In this document: piece by piece, positions 40,471 to 52,905 of the stretch
How positions within the stretch are numbered: the first letter of the stretch is position 1
How the letters are laid out: each line of letters opens with the position of its first letter
Assembly: GCA_028023455.1 (NCBI GenBank)
Contig: JAQFVV010000006.1
Coordinates: 13,764,001-13,828,000, forward strand
Direction of reading: 5' to 3'
Source of the DNA: Epiperipatus broadwayi
Taxonomy: Eukaryota; Animalia; Onychophora
DNA: 64,000 nucleotides
The notes under the pieces: generated by a model
The model's database searches: none
What the model was told of the DNA's origin: nothing
The model's input: only the letters and a program-made list of their open reading frames with translations
Translations under genes and position numbers: made by a program

Positions 40471-42152
40471 TGAATGAACATTACGTATGACACGAACCCC
40501 AACGACAACTCAAAGAATATTGAACTCTGGGTGGAGATTGGATCCTCAGATAATAACCAACCCATATAAATATGAGTCTTAGTCTTTGTCTTAACAACTC
40601 GGTTACAGTTTTTTTTACATTCTTTGTTTTGTTTTTGCTTATGCTTATAGTTTTAAATTCCTCCGGAAGCTACAACTAGAACTTTCTCTTTTGCTATCCG
40701 GTTTATCCAATATGATCACTGTGAAATTAACATTTAGAGCGTCGATCGTCATGATGGGCTAGGAAACCCCTCAGTGATTGATCGACGCTCCGCCGCCAGA
40801 ACATCTCCACAGCTATGAATGATCAACAACAGTGCCGTCCAAACATCGTATTCCAATCAGTCCAAGGAAGTTGTCCAAACATACTACGCTGAACTTATAT
40901 ATAAAATGAATAACCATTTATTATGGAAACAGTATCCAACAGGTTTGAACCCTCACCAAATTAGAAGCAGCAGAAGACTACGCAAAATCCTAGGTAAACA
41001 CTTTATTTCTTTTATGCTCCCATTCATTCTTTACGTAGACTTTAAAAGGCAATCTCATAATTAATTAAATTCGACTTTCGTAAATCAAAATATAAAATGA
41101 TCCGTAATCTCTCATATTTGAATCTTAATATTTTAATCTCAACTTTCGTAAATAAAAAAAATATCAGATGCTACATAGTTCCTCATATTTAAATCTTAGG
41201 ACTTTTCCTGTTATGAACTTTGATCATAATTATTTTCTTTCGCAAATAAATTATAACACACACCTAATTTCAAATGTAAAAGAAGGAAATATATTTTTTA
41301 TCATCCATATTTATTATGCATAATATGTTTTTTTTTTTTGTGCGAGTGCGAGAATGCGTGTATGTGCGTGCAAATAAAGCTATTAATTAATGTTTCATTT
41401 TTTTATATTCAATAAATTTCTTTTTATTTAAACAAGTCGAGCATTCCTCAAATCATTCTCTATAATTAAAATATATTTTTTTAAGTATTATAATCAGCAT
41501 TTATTCATGCGATTAAGTATTTTACTTTTAAATTTGTCTTTCTTATTTTTTTGTTTTGTTTATTTCTTTAAATTTCATCGTGCCGTAAGTCACGATGTTT
41601 ATTTACTATGTAGTTAAGATAGGTTTAAGAGTTGGGAGGGCCTATTATTAATAAGTATAAGTAAATGTCAATAAAGCTAGTGTGAATAATTCTATTGGAC
41701 TGAATGACAACGGGGGGATGATATTATAAGCTTCTAATTTTTTATATAAGGATGCATAAATCAAACATTCGTACTAGTTGCAAATAACCAATGACCCGGT
41801 CCAATATTTGGACCGATCTGTAAATCAACCAAGCTTCTTCTCCATTGGTTATTATTATGTCTTTTACCAGAATGATATTCTTGAAACAATTTCATCGCGA
41901 CCCTGAGTGACCCTTATTGGTCCATGCTGGGAGTTTGAGCTTATGGGCAGGGATTAGACTTCGAAATCGTTTTGATATGACGTAAGGTGATGCGAGAAAT
42001 TAAATTGTAAATTAAATCATCGTATCTGGCGCCCCCTTGTGTTGATAATGAACAACTATCGATATAGGAAAATAAATAAAGCTTTACGCTATATCATGTT
42101 TGTTTCGGAGCTCCCAATCCCTACATGAACGGTTGAAAAGGGACCGGTCTCA
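40471..42152 (+). repeat. 5' LTR (possibly 5'-truncated)
   Basis: Matches 46818-48498. AATAAA at about 42071-42080. Confidence 0.9.
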
Positions 42153-42154
42153 AA

Positions 42155-42172
42155 TGGCGCTTCCAAACGTGA
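42155..42172 (+). promoter_or_regulatory. Primer-binding site
   Basis: TGGCGCTTCCAAACGTGA lies two bases after the LTR CA. TGG is complementary to a tRNA 3' CCA; the tRNA was not identified. Confidence 0.65.
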
Positions 42173-42514
42173 GGCTAATACAAATAATGTTTTGGAGAGA
42201 AGCAAATCAAGACATTAGCCAAAAGCGGCCGAACCTCGTAAAAGACGCAAAACTTTTTCACGTAAACGAAAGTTTGGACGAATAAAAAAAAAAAAGAAAA
42301 AAAAAGGGAAAAAGAAAAATTATGGATGGACAACGAATAAAGCAAAGGAGAACATAGCGGGAGATGGAGGCGCGGACGTCGATTAATCACTTCTTATCAT
42401 AAATAAAAAAATAAAATAATCACGTTCCTTTAGGCAACAACAAAAAGTTGTAACATTTTAAATATAAATAGAGAAAAAAAAAATTTTTTTTGTTTCCTCT
42501 TGATTAAATCAGAA

Positions 42515-45500
42515 ATGGACAGCAATAACGATAATATGTGGGAAAGTGAAATAGGAAAAATAGTACAAACATTTAAGGGAAAGAGAAATGAGGACCCAAA
42601 TGAACACATAGAGAGCCTAGAGAGATTATTCGCTTACAAAACACTTAATGAAGAAGGTAAAATAGCCATAGCAGTCAGCCACATACGAGAAGGGGCTCTA
42701 GATTGGTGGAAATCGATACAACAAAAACCAAAGACATTTAGGCAGTATGAAGAAATGATAAAGGAGAGCTATTGGGGGAAAGCAAGACAAATGAGAGCCT
42801 TACGTGAAATAGAAAATGAGGAATGGAAAACAGGAGAAACGATGGAAGGATTTTTTCGTAGGAGAATGGCACAGCTAAGACAAATAAACTTAGGCACACC
42901 ATCTGAGGAATGGTTGATCAGAATAGCACGAAGGGGATTACCCGCATGGGCAAAACGATTTTTGACAGGGATAGATAACATGGACAAGGTAATAAGGAGG
43001 TTAGAAGAGATAAAGGATGAAAATGAGGAAGAGGGAGAAAGTCAAATAGCCAATATAGGAAAGATCATAAAGGAAGAGGAAAGAAGTAGAAGTGGACCTC
43101 AATGCCCTAAAATAGAGGTTAAAATAGGGAAAACGAAAACTCACGCACTACTCGACTCAGGGAGCCAAGTATCAGTTCTGTCACAAGAAACATTCAGCAA
43201 ACTTACCCAAGAAGAACCAAACCTCAAAACATTACCGCTTAAGATAATGCGCATAACCTTGGCAAATGGGAAAAGGGCCCAAGCGGAAGCAATACAGGCA
43301 TGGGTAAACATAAAAATAGCAGGAAACCAGCATAACCAAATCATGCTGGTAATGCAGGGATTAATACACGATGTTATATTAGGATCCGATTTTATGGGAA
43401 AATACAAATGTAGCATCGACTACGAAACAGAGCAAGCCCGGATCTCAGGAAAGATGGTACCTTTTATAGAACAAAATCAAGCAAAAAACATGGACCAGGC
43501 CGTACATAGTATGGAGTTAGAAAAGAAAATGGTAACAAGGGAGATCGGAACAAAGCCAGAAAAAGAAATGGAACTGGGAAATATTCTGGAGGAATACAAG
43601 GACGTATTCTCCGACATACCTGGGGTCATCAGGGGTTACGAACACAGGATAAAGCTCATTCAGGATCAACCATATCAATCTAGATCATACCCGATCCCCT
43701 TTCAATACCGGCCAGAGATAGGCAAGCAGATAAATAACATGCTAGAATGGGGAGTAATCTCAAAATGCTCCTCACCATATAACAACCCAATTGTCGTAGC
43801 AAAGAAAAAGGATGGTTCGGTACGATTGTGTCTGGACGCGAGGCTCCTCAACAAAATCACGATCGCGGACACAAATGCTCCGCCCCCCATGAGCGAATTA
43901 ATAAATCGGTTCAATGGGAAAGGTGTTTTTTCTACCCTAGACATGACCAGCAGCTACTGGCAGATTAGCCTACACCCAGAGGACCGCCAGTACACGGCGT
44001 TCCGATATAATGGCATCGCCTATCAGTTTAACCGGATACCATTTGGTCTGAAAAATAGCGGAGCAGGCTTGATACAATGCCTTGATAGAGTGCTGTCAGA
44101 GGAGGTGAAGGGTTTTAGCACCACGTATGTTGATGACATCATCATTGCGTCTGAGGATAATAAAGAGCATATTAAATGCCTTCGAAAATTATTTCAAGAA
44201 TGTCGAGAGAAAGGAATCAAAATAAACCTGGGAAAAAGCAGGCTCATGACACCCGAGGTGAAGTTTTTAGGGCATATTATCAGTAAAGAGGGGGTATCAC
44301 CTAATCCTGAAAAAATACAAGCCATACAGGAATTTCCAGAGCCCAAAAAGAAGCGTGACGTCAAGGCTTTCCTCGGACTGTGTAATTTCTTTAAACAATA
44401 CTATCCAAATTTTTCAGAAGGGATAGAACCACTGCTCAGACTTCTGAGGAAAGAAACACCATGGGCATGGAAAGAAGAACAGGAGGCTAGCTTCCGTCAA
44501 ATAAAGGAAGGTTTCTTAAGACACGTAGTGTTGGCGCACCCAGACTTTGGACGTACATTTTATGTACAAACGGACAGCAGTGGGATAGGAATGGGGGCAA
44601 TGATGTTTCAAAAGGATAGCAAGGGGCAGAGCAAAGCAATCGCCTTCATAAGTAGGCTTTTTACGAAGGCCGAGCAGAACTACACGGTCACAGAGAGAGA
44701 GGCCTTAGCCATCGTATGGGCTTTCAAGAAACTGAGGCAATACCTGGTAGGATCTAGAGTGGTGGTCGTGACCGACCATCGAAGCTTAGAGTTTCTGAAC
44801 AGGAGTTTTTTGACTAATAGCCGCCTAATAAGGTGGAGCCTCGCCCTTCAGGAATTTGATTATACGGTAGAATACTGTAAGGGGAGGGACAATATAATAG
44901 CAGATACCTTGAGCCGATATCCCATAGGACGAAGCCTTGAGGAAAACGAAGGGCCATACATAGCGACGACACGAGCCCAAAGCAGGGAGCATTATAGCCT
45001 TCAGAAAATTAAGGAAGTGCAACAGGAAGATAGGGAGTGTAGACAGGTCAGGGATTTTGGCAGGTACCACACGATACCAAATAGTCAAGGAAATACATTA
45101 TGGGCCCATCGAAAGAAATGCGTTGTCAGAAATGGACTCCTTCAACGACAAACAAGAAATGGGCAGAATTATCGGGTGATAATACCGAGAGCAATGTGAC
45201 AGAATATTATAGCCCAGGCACATGAGGAAAGAGGACATTTCGGGGGCAACAGGACTGCTGGATGGATTGAACAATGGTTCTACTGGCCAAATCTCCACCG
45301 GGATGTGACACAAGAAATAAAGAAATGTATGACATGCGCCAAAACAAAGCCAATGAATAGATCGAATGAGGGAGTATCGACACCCATCCTCGTGTATGAG
45401 CCAAATGACACACTAGCTATTGATTTCTACGGGCCACTGCCGATGTCAAATGGAAAGAGGTATCTGCTGGTGGCATATGACTTGTACTCTAAGTTGGTAT

Positions 45501-46243
45501 CAGCTTTTCCGATCAGTCAAGCAAATGCGAAGCAGGCGATTCGAGTTCTGGAAAATCGGCAATTTAGGGAAGTGGGAAAACCAAAAGGAATCCTGTCAGA
45601 CAATGGAACTCCATTCGTATCCAAAGAATGGGCACAGTGGACAAAAAAAAATAATATTAAGCATGCCCTCACGTCTATTCGAAATCCTCAAGCCAATCCA
45701 TGCGAGCGAGTGATGCGGGAACTGGGTCGACTTTTCAGAATATATGTGCATGGAAACCATAAGGCGTGGGTAAAAGAAACGCCCCGGGTTGTGAGCATGA
45801 TAAACGAAACCCGGAATGAGTCAACTGGTTTTGAACCCGACCGCCTTCACTTTGGGAGAAGGAGGCCATACCCATATGCCCAAGGACCCTGGCCTCAAAG
45901 GGAGAAAATAAATCGGACAAGGGATGCCCAAGAAGCTAGACGGCAATTGCAGAAAATGAGCCAAGTTCGAAAAAAAAGACAGGGAATCGTGGTAGGAATA
46001 TTCAAGGAAGGAGACAGAGTCATGGTACGGACAAACCCAGTCAGTCGACCAGAACAGGCCATTTATAAAAAATTTCAACCCTTATATGAGGGACCGTATG
46101 TCATAGGACGCGCATACGGGAACAATGCCTTCATATTATATGAAGGGACCCGGAGGATTGGGACATATAATGCCCGGGCCTTGAAATTAGTAAATGAAGT
46201 TCAAACCCCTCACCATGCGGAGGGAAAGCGGGGTCAAAAATAA
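42515..46243 (+). pseudogene. gag-pol polyprotein, single frame, interrupted by one TGA at 45197-45199
   Basis: Protease LLDSGSQVS; RT LDMTSSYWQI and YVDDII; RNase H TDSSGIGMG and EREALAIVWA; HHCC H-EERG-H...CMTC; integrase D-D-E (IDFYGP, SDNGTPF, CERVMRE); GPY motif. ORFs 42500 and 45305 are in the same frame. Confidence 0.92.
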
Positions 46244-46817
46244 AGGATTTTATTGTGAAAATTAAAATGCCAATCCTCGCATTTTAATTTTAGACGGATC
46301 GCGGGGATATGTACCGAGACAAGGTCGGTACAGGTATATACCCCCACACACAAGCAATGTAAATACTCTATTTTTTTATTTACTTTCAATTTATGATAAA
46401 AATAAATGTAGTTTTCTTTCAATGCTTTATAAAATACACTATAAAATAAAATGTTAATATTTCTGATTAAATAATTTAAGGCTTTCATATAATCTATTAT
46501 AATAATATTCTCTAAAAAAATAAAATATAAAAATATCACTAATATGCCATTTTAAATCTCAATAAATGATTTCTACTTGTATATGCCGCGGGGGTAATTA
46601 AAAAGGGGTTTATTTTAAATTATAACTATAGCGAAAGTTAAAAGCTTATAGAGGTGATTTTGAGATTAAATGCTCGACTTTTAAACTAATGTAAGTTAAA
46701 TTGTTATCTTAAAACACGCACGCATGTATGTATAAAAGGTGTATAAGTATGAATTTTTTCTAACTGAGATTGCAATGTGAGATTGTATAAACCTAAGATT
46801 GCCTCAAGCATATGGAT

Positions 46818-48498
46818 TGAATGAACATTACGTATGACACGGACCCCAACGACAACTCAAAGAATATTGAACTCTGGGTGGAGATTGGATCCTCAGATAA
46901 TAACCAACCCATATAAATATGAGTCTTAGTCTTTGTCTTAACAACTCGGTTACAGTTTTTTTTACATTCTTTGTTTTGTTTTTGCTTATGCTTATAGTTT
47001 TAAATTCCTCCGGAAGCTACAACTAGAACTTTCTCTTTTGCTATCCGGTTTATCCAATATGATCACTGTGAAATTAACATTTAGAGCGTCGATCGTCATG
47101 ATGGGCTAGGAAACCCCTCAGTGATTGATCGACGCTCCGCCGCCAGAACATCTCCACAGCTATGAATGATCAACAACAGTGCCGTCCAAACATCGTATTC
47201 CAATCAGTCCAAGGAAGTTGTCCAAACATACTACGCTGAACTTATATATAAAATGAATAACCATTTATTATGGAAACAGTATCCAACAGGTTCGAACCCT
47301 CACCAAATTAGAAGCAGCAGAAGACTACGCAAAATCCTAGGTAAACACTTTATTTCTTTTATGATCCCATTCATTCTTTACGTAGACTTTAAAAGGCAAT
47401 CTCATAATTAATTAAATTCGACTTTCGTAAATCAAAATATAAAATGATCCGTAATCTCTCATATTTGAATCTTAATATTTTAATCTCAACTTTCGTAAAT
47501 AAAAAAAATATCAGATGCTACATAGTTCCTCATATTTAAATCTTAGGACTTTTCCTGTTATGAACTTTGATCATAATTATTTTCTTTCGCAAATAAATTA
47601 TAACACACACCTAATTTCAAATGTAAAAGAAGGAAATATATTTTTTATCATCCATATTTATTATGCATATGTTTTTTTTTTTGTGCGAGTGCGAGAATGC
47701 GTGTATGTGCGTGCAAATAAAGCTATTAATTAATGTTTCATTTTTTTATATTCAATAAATTTCTTTTTATTTAAACAAGTCGAGCATTCCTCAAATCATT
47801 CTCTATAATTAAAATATATTTTTTTAAGTATTATAATCAGCATTTATTCATGCGATTAAGTATTTTACTTTTAAATTTGTCTTTCTTATTTTTTTTGTTT
47901 TGTTTATTTCTTTAAATTTCATCGTGCCGTAAGTCACGATGTTTATTTACTATGTAGTTAAGATAGGTTTAAGAGTTGGGAGGGCCTATTATTAATAAGT
48001 ATAAGTAAATGTCAATAAAGCTAGTGTGAATAATTCTATTGGACTGTATGATAACGGGGGGATGATATTATAAGCTTCTAATTTTTTTTATATAAGGATG
48101 CATAAATCAAACATTCGTATTAGTTGCAAATAACCAATGACCCGGTCCAATATTTGGACCGATCTGTAAATCAACCAAGCTTCTTCTCCATTGGTTATTA
48201 TTGTGTCTTTTACCAGAATGATATTCTTGAAACAATTTCATCGTGACCCTGAGTGACCCTTATTGGTCCATGCTGGGAGTTTGAGCTTATGGGCGGGGAT
48301 TAGACTTCGAAATCGTTTTGATATGACGTAAGGTGATGCGAGAAATTAAATTGTAAATTAAATCATCGTATCTGGCGCCCCCTTGTGTTGATAATGAACA
48401 ACTATCGATATAGGAAAATAAATAAAGCTTTACGCTATATCATGTTTGTTTCGGAGCTCCCAATCCCTACATGAACGGTTGAAAAGGGACCGGTCTCA
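46818..48498 (+). repeat. 3' LTR (may extend left to TGTACCGAG at 46310)
   Basis: Copy of the 5' LTR, followed by ATAT. Confidence 0.9.
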
Positions 48499-48561
48499 AT
48501 ATTTTATAAAAAATGTTTTTAATTTGATCAGTCATGCACTAAAAAGCAAAAAATAATTTGT

Positions 48562-48858
48562 GTTTTCCTGAAGGTTTGTGATGATGGTGTTCTAGCTGTA
48601 TTTTTATATTGGAATATTTCCATCATCAAATATGCATATGTAATGTCTTTAGAAAAGTTTAATTTTATTTAAATATTCCAAATACATTCAATTGCTAGTA
48701 ATATCACAGCAAACAGGTTAGTATATGCACCAACTGTTTGCTGTGATATTACTAACAGTTAAATGTATTTGGAATATTTAAATAAAATTAAACTTTTCTA
48801 AAGACATTCTCTCAACACACATATTAGATGATGGAAATAGTCCAATATAAAAATACAA
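48562..48858. repeat. Family D fold-back insertion
   Basis: Inverted arms 48597-48715 and 48733-48857. The 15-bp TSD is CAAAAAATAATTTGT (48547-48561 / 48859-48873). Confidence 0.8.
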
Positions 48859-48881
48859 CAAAAAATAATTTGTTTCAACCA

Positions 48882-49010
48882 CAATTTTGGTTATTATATG
48901 TAACTTGAAATAAAGCATGGGGTGTCCGTAAATTAATTAATTCTAGTGATTGAGTTATTTAATTTATGGGAGTCCCCTACTTTTATTTCAAGTCACACAT
49001 TACCAAAATT
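48882..49010. mobile_element. Degenerate hairpin MITE
   Basis: Imperfect arms of about 50 bp (tgtaacttgaaataaag / ttttatttcaagtcaca). Confidence 0.45.
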
Positions 49011-50384
49011 TTGATTGAAAAAAATTATTTCTTGGATTTTAATGCATTAAAGATCAATATTAAATAAAAGCATTTTTCATTAATATTTATAATTAACTCA
49101 CAATAGAGTAAAGGTTTCTCCAGACCCTCATTAAAAACACTGAAGTAAGCACTATTTACAAGGCCTGCCAAATAATGGGTAATGAATGATTCAGTGGCTT
49201 TTCCATATTTGCTTTATTCTTTAGTTAAGCATGCCTAAATACCCTATTATTGAGCAACCTTTGATGATGAACTAGATTGGATATGAATCACTTACCTAAA
49301 ATGCAAACTCTATGCCCGATTAAAACCTGAAAAATGTTCAAAGCTACTCAACCCAAATTCAAACCTAGAACACATGGCATGGTAGATAGATGTGTTACAA
49401 TGAAGCTCCTTTTATTTACATGCATTTGCGTGTGTTGTTTAGCTTGAATTCAAGATAGTAGCAAGGCATTTTCTGTGAATATATTATCTACTTATCTTAC
49501 ATCCCAAAATCATACTAAAAATCACTTGTTTCCCACAGATATCATGATTACGTTGTTAACAATGCATGCAATGCAAGATGATTTGTTAAAAAAATAAATA
49601 AATCGATGTTGATCAGGAGTTCACAAGAAATTCGAATACCACAAGTGACAGAGCTGGGTCACGATCCATAGGTCTTAGACTGCAGTTTCCTTCACTATAT
49701 CCTAGATTTATCTATCAAAAGCCCAAGTCATCAATGGTTACCAGATGGATGGTATAGTACTATAATATCTGCATATCCAGCCCAGTTTCAGCTTTTGCCT
49801 TTATCAGTGAGGTCTTGGGATTTCTGAACCCAAATTACAGCTTTATAGATCTGACATTAGATCAGTTTCCATATTTCACCTTTGAATTCTAAGTCCTCAA
49901 TAATGAGGGCAATAACTGGAAACTGGTCTGGGAAGGTAGGTATTAGCCATTGGTTAGGTGGCTTTAGAATTGGATGAAGAAAACTATGAGTAAGTTGAGA
50001 AAATCGTGAAAGATTTTCTAAGATTCTTTCTGCTAATAAATTAATGTTTTTGTAGTTAACTCTCATCAACAACAATAATTAACTTTTATCACTCAAAAAC
50101 CATTCATATAAAGATGATGATTAGGATACCACATGATGGTAACAATCAAATCGCCAGATTAGTTGTGAGCTGTTAGTTTTCAGAAATAAAGAGAAATGTG
50201 CTAACATGTAACTGTTTTGGTACTATCAACTTGTATCCATTAATTATTAACTTGCTTCCACAGATAAACTTTAGGATAAAGTAACCAAGAGTGAATTACT
50301 GTTGCTAATACAGATATTAACTGCAAATTAGGAGAGTCATATATTAAAATTTTTTTATCAGTTATTAATTAGATTAGAGATTAA

Positions 50385-52905
50385 CCACTTAATGAATACT
50401 TCTGCTATGTAAATTTCACTACGCTACTCTCACAAGAGATAGGAACTGGTTTCTATCCATTTTTAATACCTTGTGGAAGGGTGTAATCATAAACATATAA
50501 ACAAAGACATTGTATCATCCCCGAGATGCACATTTCATGCTGAACCAGCACTCATCAGTTGGCCCAGACCACTATCTCCATTGATGACTGTTAAACTTAC
50601 TACCCTCACAACTTTGACACAAACCACTTAATGGAAGTGTATTAATCATTTTTATTAGTCATTCATTAGATTAGAGATTATCCATTTAATGCTTATGTAG
50701 TGTAATTTTCATTACACCACTTTCACGCAAGGTGGGGATTCATTTCTCTCTATTTTTAATATCTTGTGGAAAGGTGTAATCATAAACATATAACTAAAGA
50801 CATGTGAAAAAGATGTATGATCCCCCAAATTACACGTTTCGTGCTGAACTAGCACTCATCAGTTGGCCCAGACCACCATCTCTTATACTATTATTATTCA
50901 GTATATATATATTGTACCGAGGTACATCGTGACCGAATGTGTAGTATTCTTTAAGAGTATAAATATTTAGTAAATTTCGTCTTTAAAAATAAAAAATGGG
51001 AAAATTAAAGTAAAATAAAAGTTTTTAAAAGTTGAAGAAAAAGAAAATTAAAAAAAAAACCAAAAGATTAGGGTAGGGGGATTTATTGTTAAAAAAAAAA
51101 AAAATTATAAACAATTTTAAAAGGGAGAATAAGATTTTAGAAGAAAAAGAAAAGAGGAAAATAACAAAATTATTTAATATTACTTTTAATTAATTCATAA
51201 TAATAATAAAAGAAAAACAGAGTTCGTTTTGTCTTATAATAAAAGGATTAAATGCGTGCGTGTAGAAGCCCAATCGGAGCGAAGTCAAATGTATGAGGGA
51301 TCCGCGAGATAAAAGAACGCTGGATTTAGAAAGAAAAAAACTTGTTATTGTTAAGACATTCTTTTTCTATATTCCATTTTTTCATTTTTTTTAAAAGTAT
51401 TTAAAAATATTTTATATAATCAAAATTAATAGATTCATTCAAAATCATCCAATTCAAAATTAATCAAGTTTAGTAAAAATAAAAATTTAGAATCAAAGAA
51501 TCAAAAGAAAACTGTAGAAGTTATTATTTGGACAAAATGATGCATTGCTGAAACTCATCATATCGTGCAGCCGGCTGAAGCCTTCTCTGTAGTACCAACA
51601 GCAGATAGTTCGAAGAGCAAACCATGTTCGGGTGAAGTCGAAGGAACAGTGGAGTGTCCATGCCGAAATCTACGAGTATCATATAACATTGCAAATTAAA
51701 AAGAAGTTTACGTGGAGTTTAGTGCTAACCGGTTAAAACCAATATTTTAAGAAGCTACATTTTTGGCGTACTCACATCAAGTCAGATTTTAAATCCTAGA
51801 TAATGTTTCGTTTTTTCCTATTCTCCAATTCTTGATTTTAAGCTGTGATAAATAAATAAATAAAACTTTTCACTTTACGAACTAGTATTTTAGAGTATAA
51901 AATATATTGGCTCCATTGTTCAACTTATATTTAGAAGTATTCATTGTGTGTATGTGTGAATTTTAATTCAGTATATTCTGTATATTTTTTTTTTGTTATT
52001 TATAATGTATTAAAATATTTATTCAAAGGGAAATGTGTGTGGTTATATTATAAGACAAAACGATAATTTAAAGAAAAAAAACGAAATTTAAACTGTCATT
52101 GAAATATTTATGTTGATAGACGAACATACACATTTTATAATGAGAATGTGTTTAATAAAGCGGAAATTGAGATATTTAATTGTTATTGAGAAGTGATTAA
52201 ATTAAAACTAAAAGAGTAGGGAATATTTTTTTTAAAATAAGGATTTTTTTTTGAATTATGGTAAATCTTTATTATTATTAAAAATAGAATTTTAGAGTGG
52301 GCGGAGATTTTTTTAAGACAGCTACAACTCGATGAGCTAACTGGGATTTCAGGTACTAGATTCGTTGCTAGTCGAGTAAACATGTTAATTACTCCATGAT
52401 TAACTGGCGCCTAAAGAGATTACCTCAAATAAAGTGTTTAGTTGGCCAGTGTTTTAGTTTAGTAGCAGTGTTTATATTATTGGTAGCTTGCTGCCAATGA
52501 TATTGCTCACTCTACCTGAGGACCAGAAACCTTCAGAGATTGGATAGTTTGTTAATGAAGGAAGAATATTATATATTTTATTGTTATTACTATCAAATAA
52601 AGAAGGTGTGCGGTACAATATAGATAGCAAATTATTACTAGTTTAACAGATGAGTGTCAAACTTACTGCCCTCACAATTTTGATCCAAACCACTTAATGG
52701 AAGGAGATTAATAATTTTTATCAGTCATTCATTAGATTAGAAATTATCCACTTAACGAATAATATTTCTGTAGTGTAATTTTCATTACATAACTTTCATG
52801 CAAGGTGATGATTGGTTTCTATCGGCTTTTAATACATTGTGTAGGGGTGTAATCATAAACATATAACCGTAGACATGTGATAAAGATGCGTGATCCCCAA
52901 AAGGC
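50385..52905 (-). repeat. Family B multimer interrupted by a solo LTR
   Basis: Two near-intact hammerheads at about 50518-50565 and 50820-50868. The B sequence resumes at 52618. Confidence 0.85.
50913..52617. mobile_element. Solo LTR (1705 bp)
   Basis: Termini TGTACCG...CGGTACA (7-bp inverted) and a 4-bp TSD ATAT. The host repeat is continuous across it. Confidence 0.8.

Larger units (their letters stand above)
40471..48498 (+). mobile_element. Ty3/gypsy LTR retrotransposon, young, near full length
   Basis: Direct repeats 40471-42152 and 46818-48498 have TG...CA ends, with about ten substitutions by eye. PBS-like TGGCGC at 42155. Domain order is gag-PR-RT-RH-IN. Confidence 0.95.

Noticed and set aside
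40819-41064. 81-aa ORF repeated at 47166-47411
   Set aside because: The duplication is explained by the LTRs, and there is no recognisable domain.
42769-45920. Antisense and alternate-frame ORFs over gag-pol, and over the cytospin exon
   Set aside because: Shadow ORFs of real coding sequence.
46244-46817. env-like third ORF in the LTR element
   Set aside because: Only AT-rich low-complexity sequence; no suitable plus-strand ORF.
52405-52412. TGGCGCC as a PBS after a shorter LTR
   Set aside because: It lies inside the solo LTR defined by inverted termini and TSD; a similar internal TGGCGCC occurs in the large LTR.
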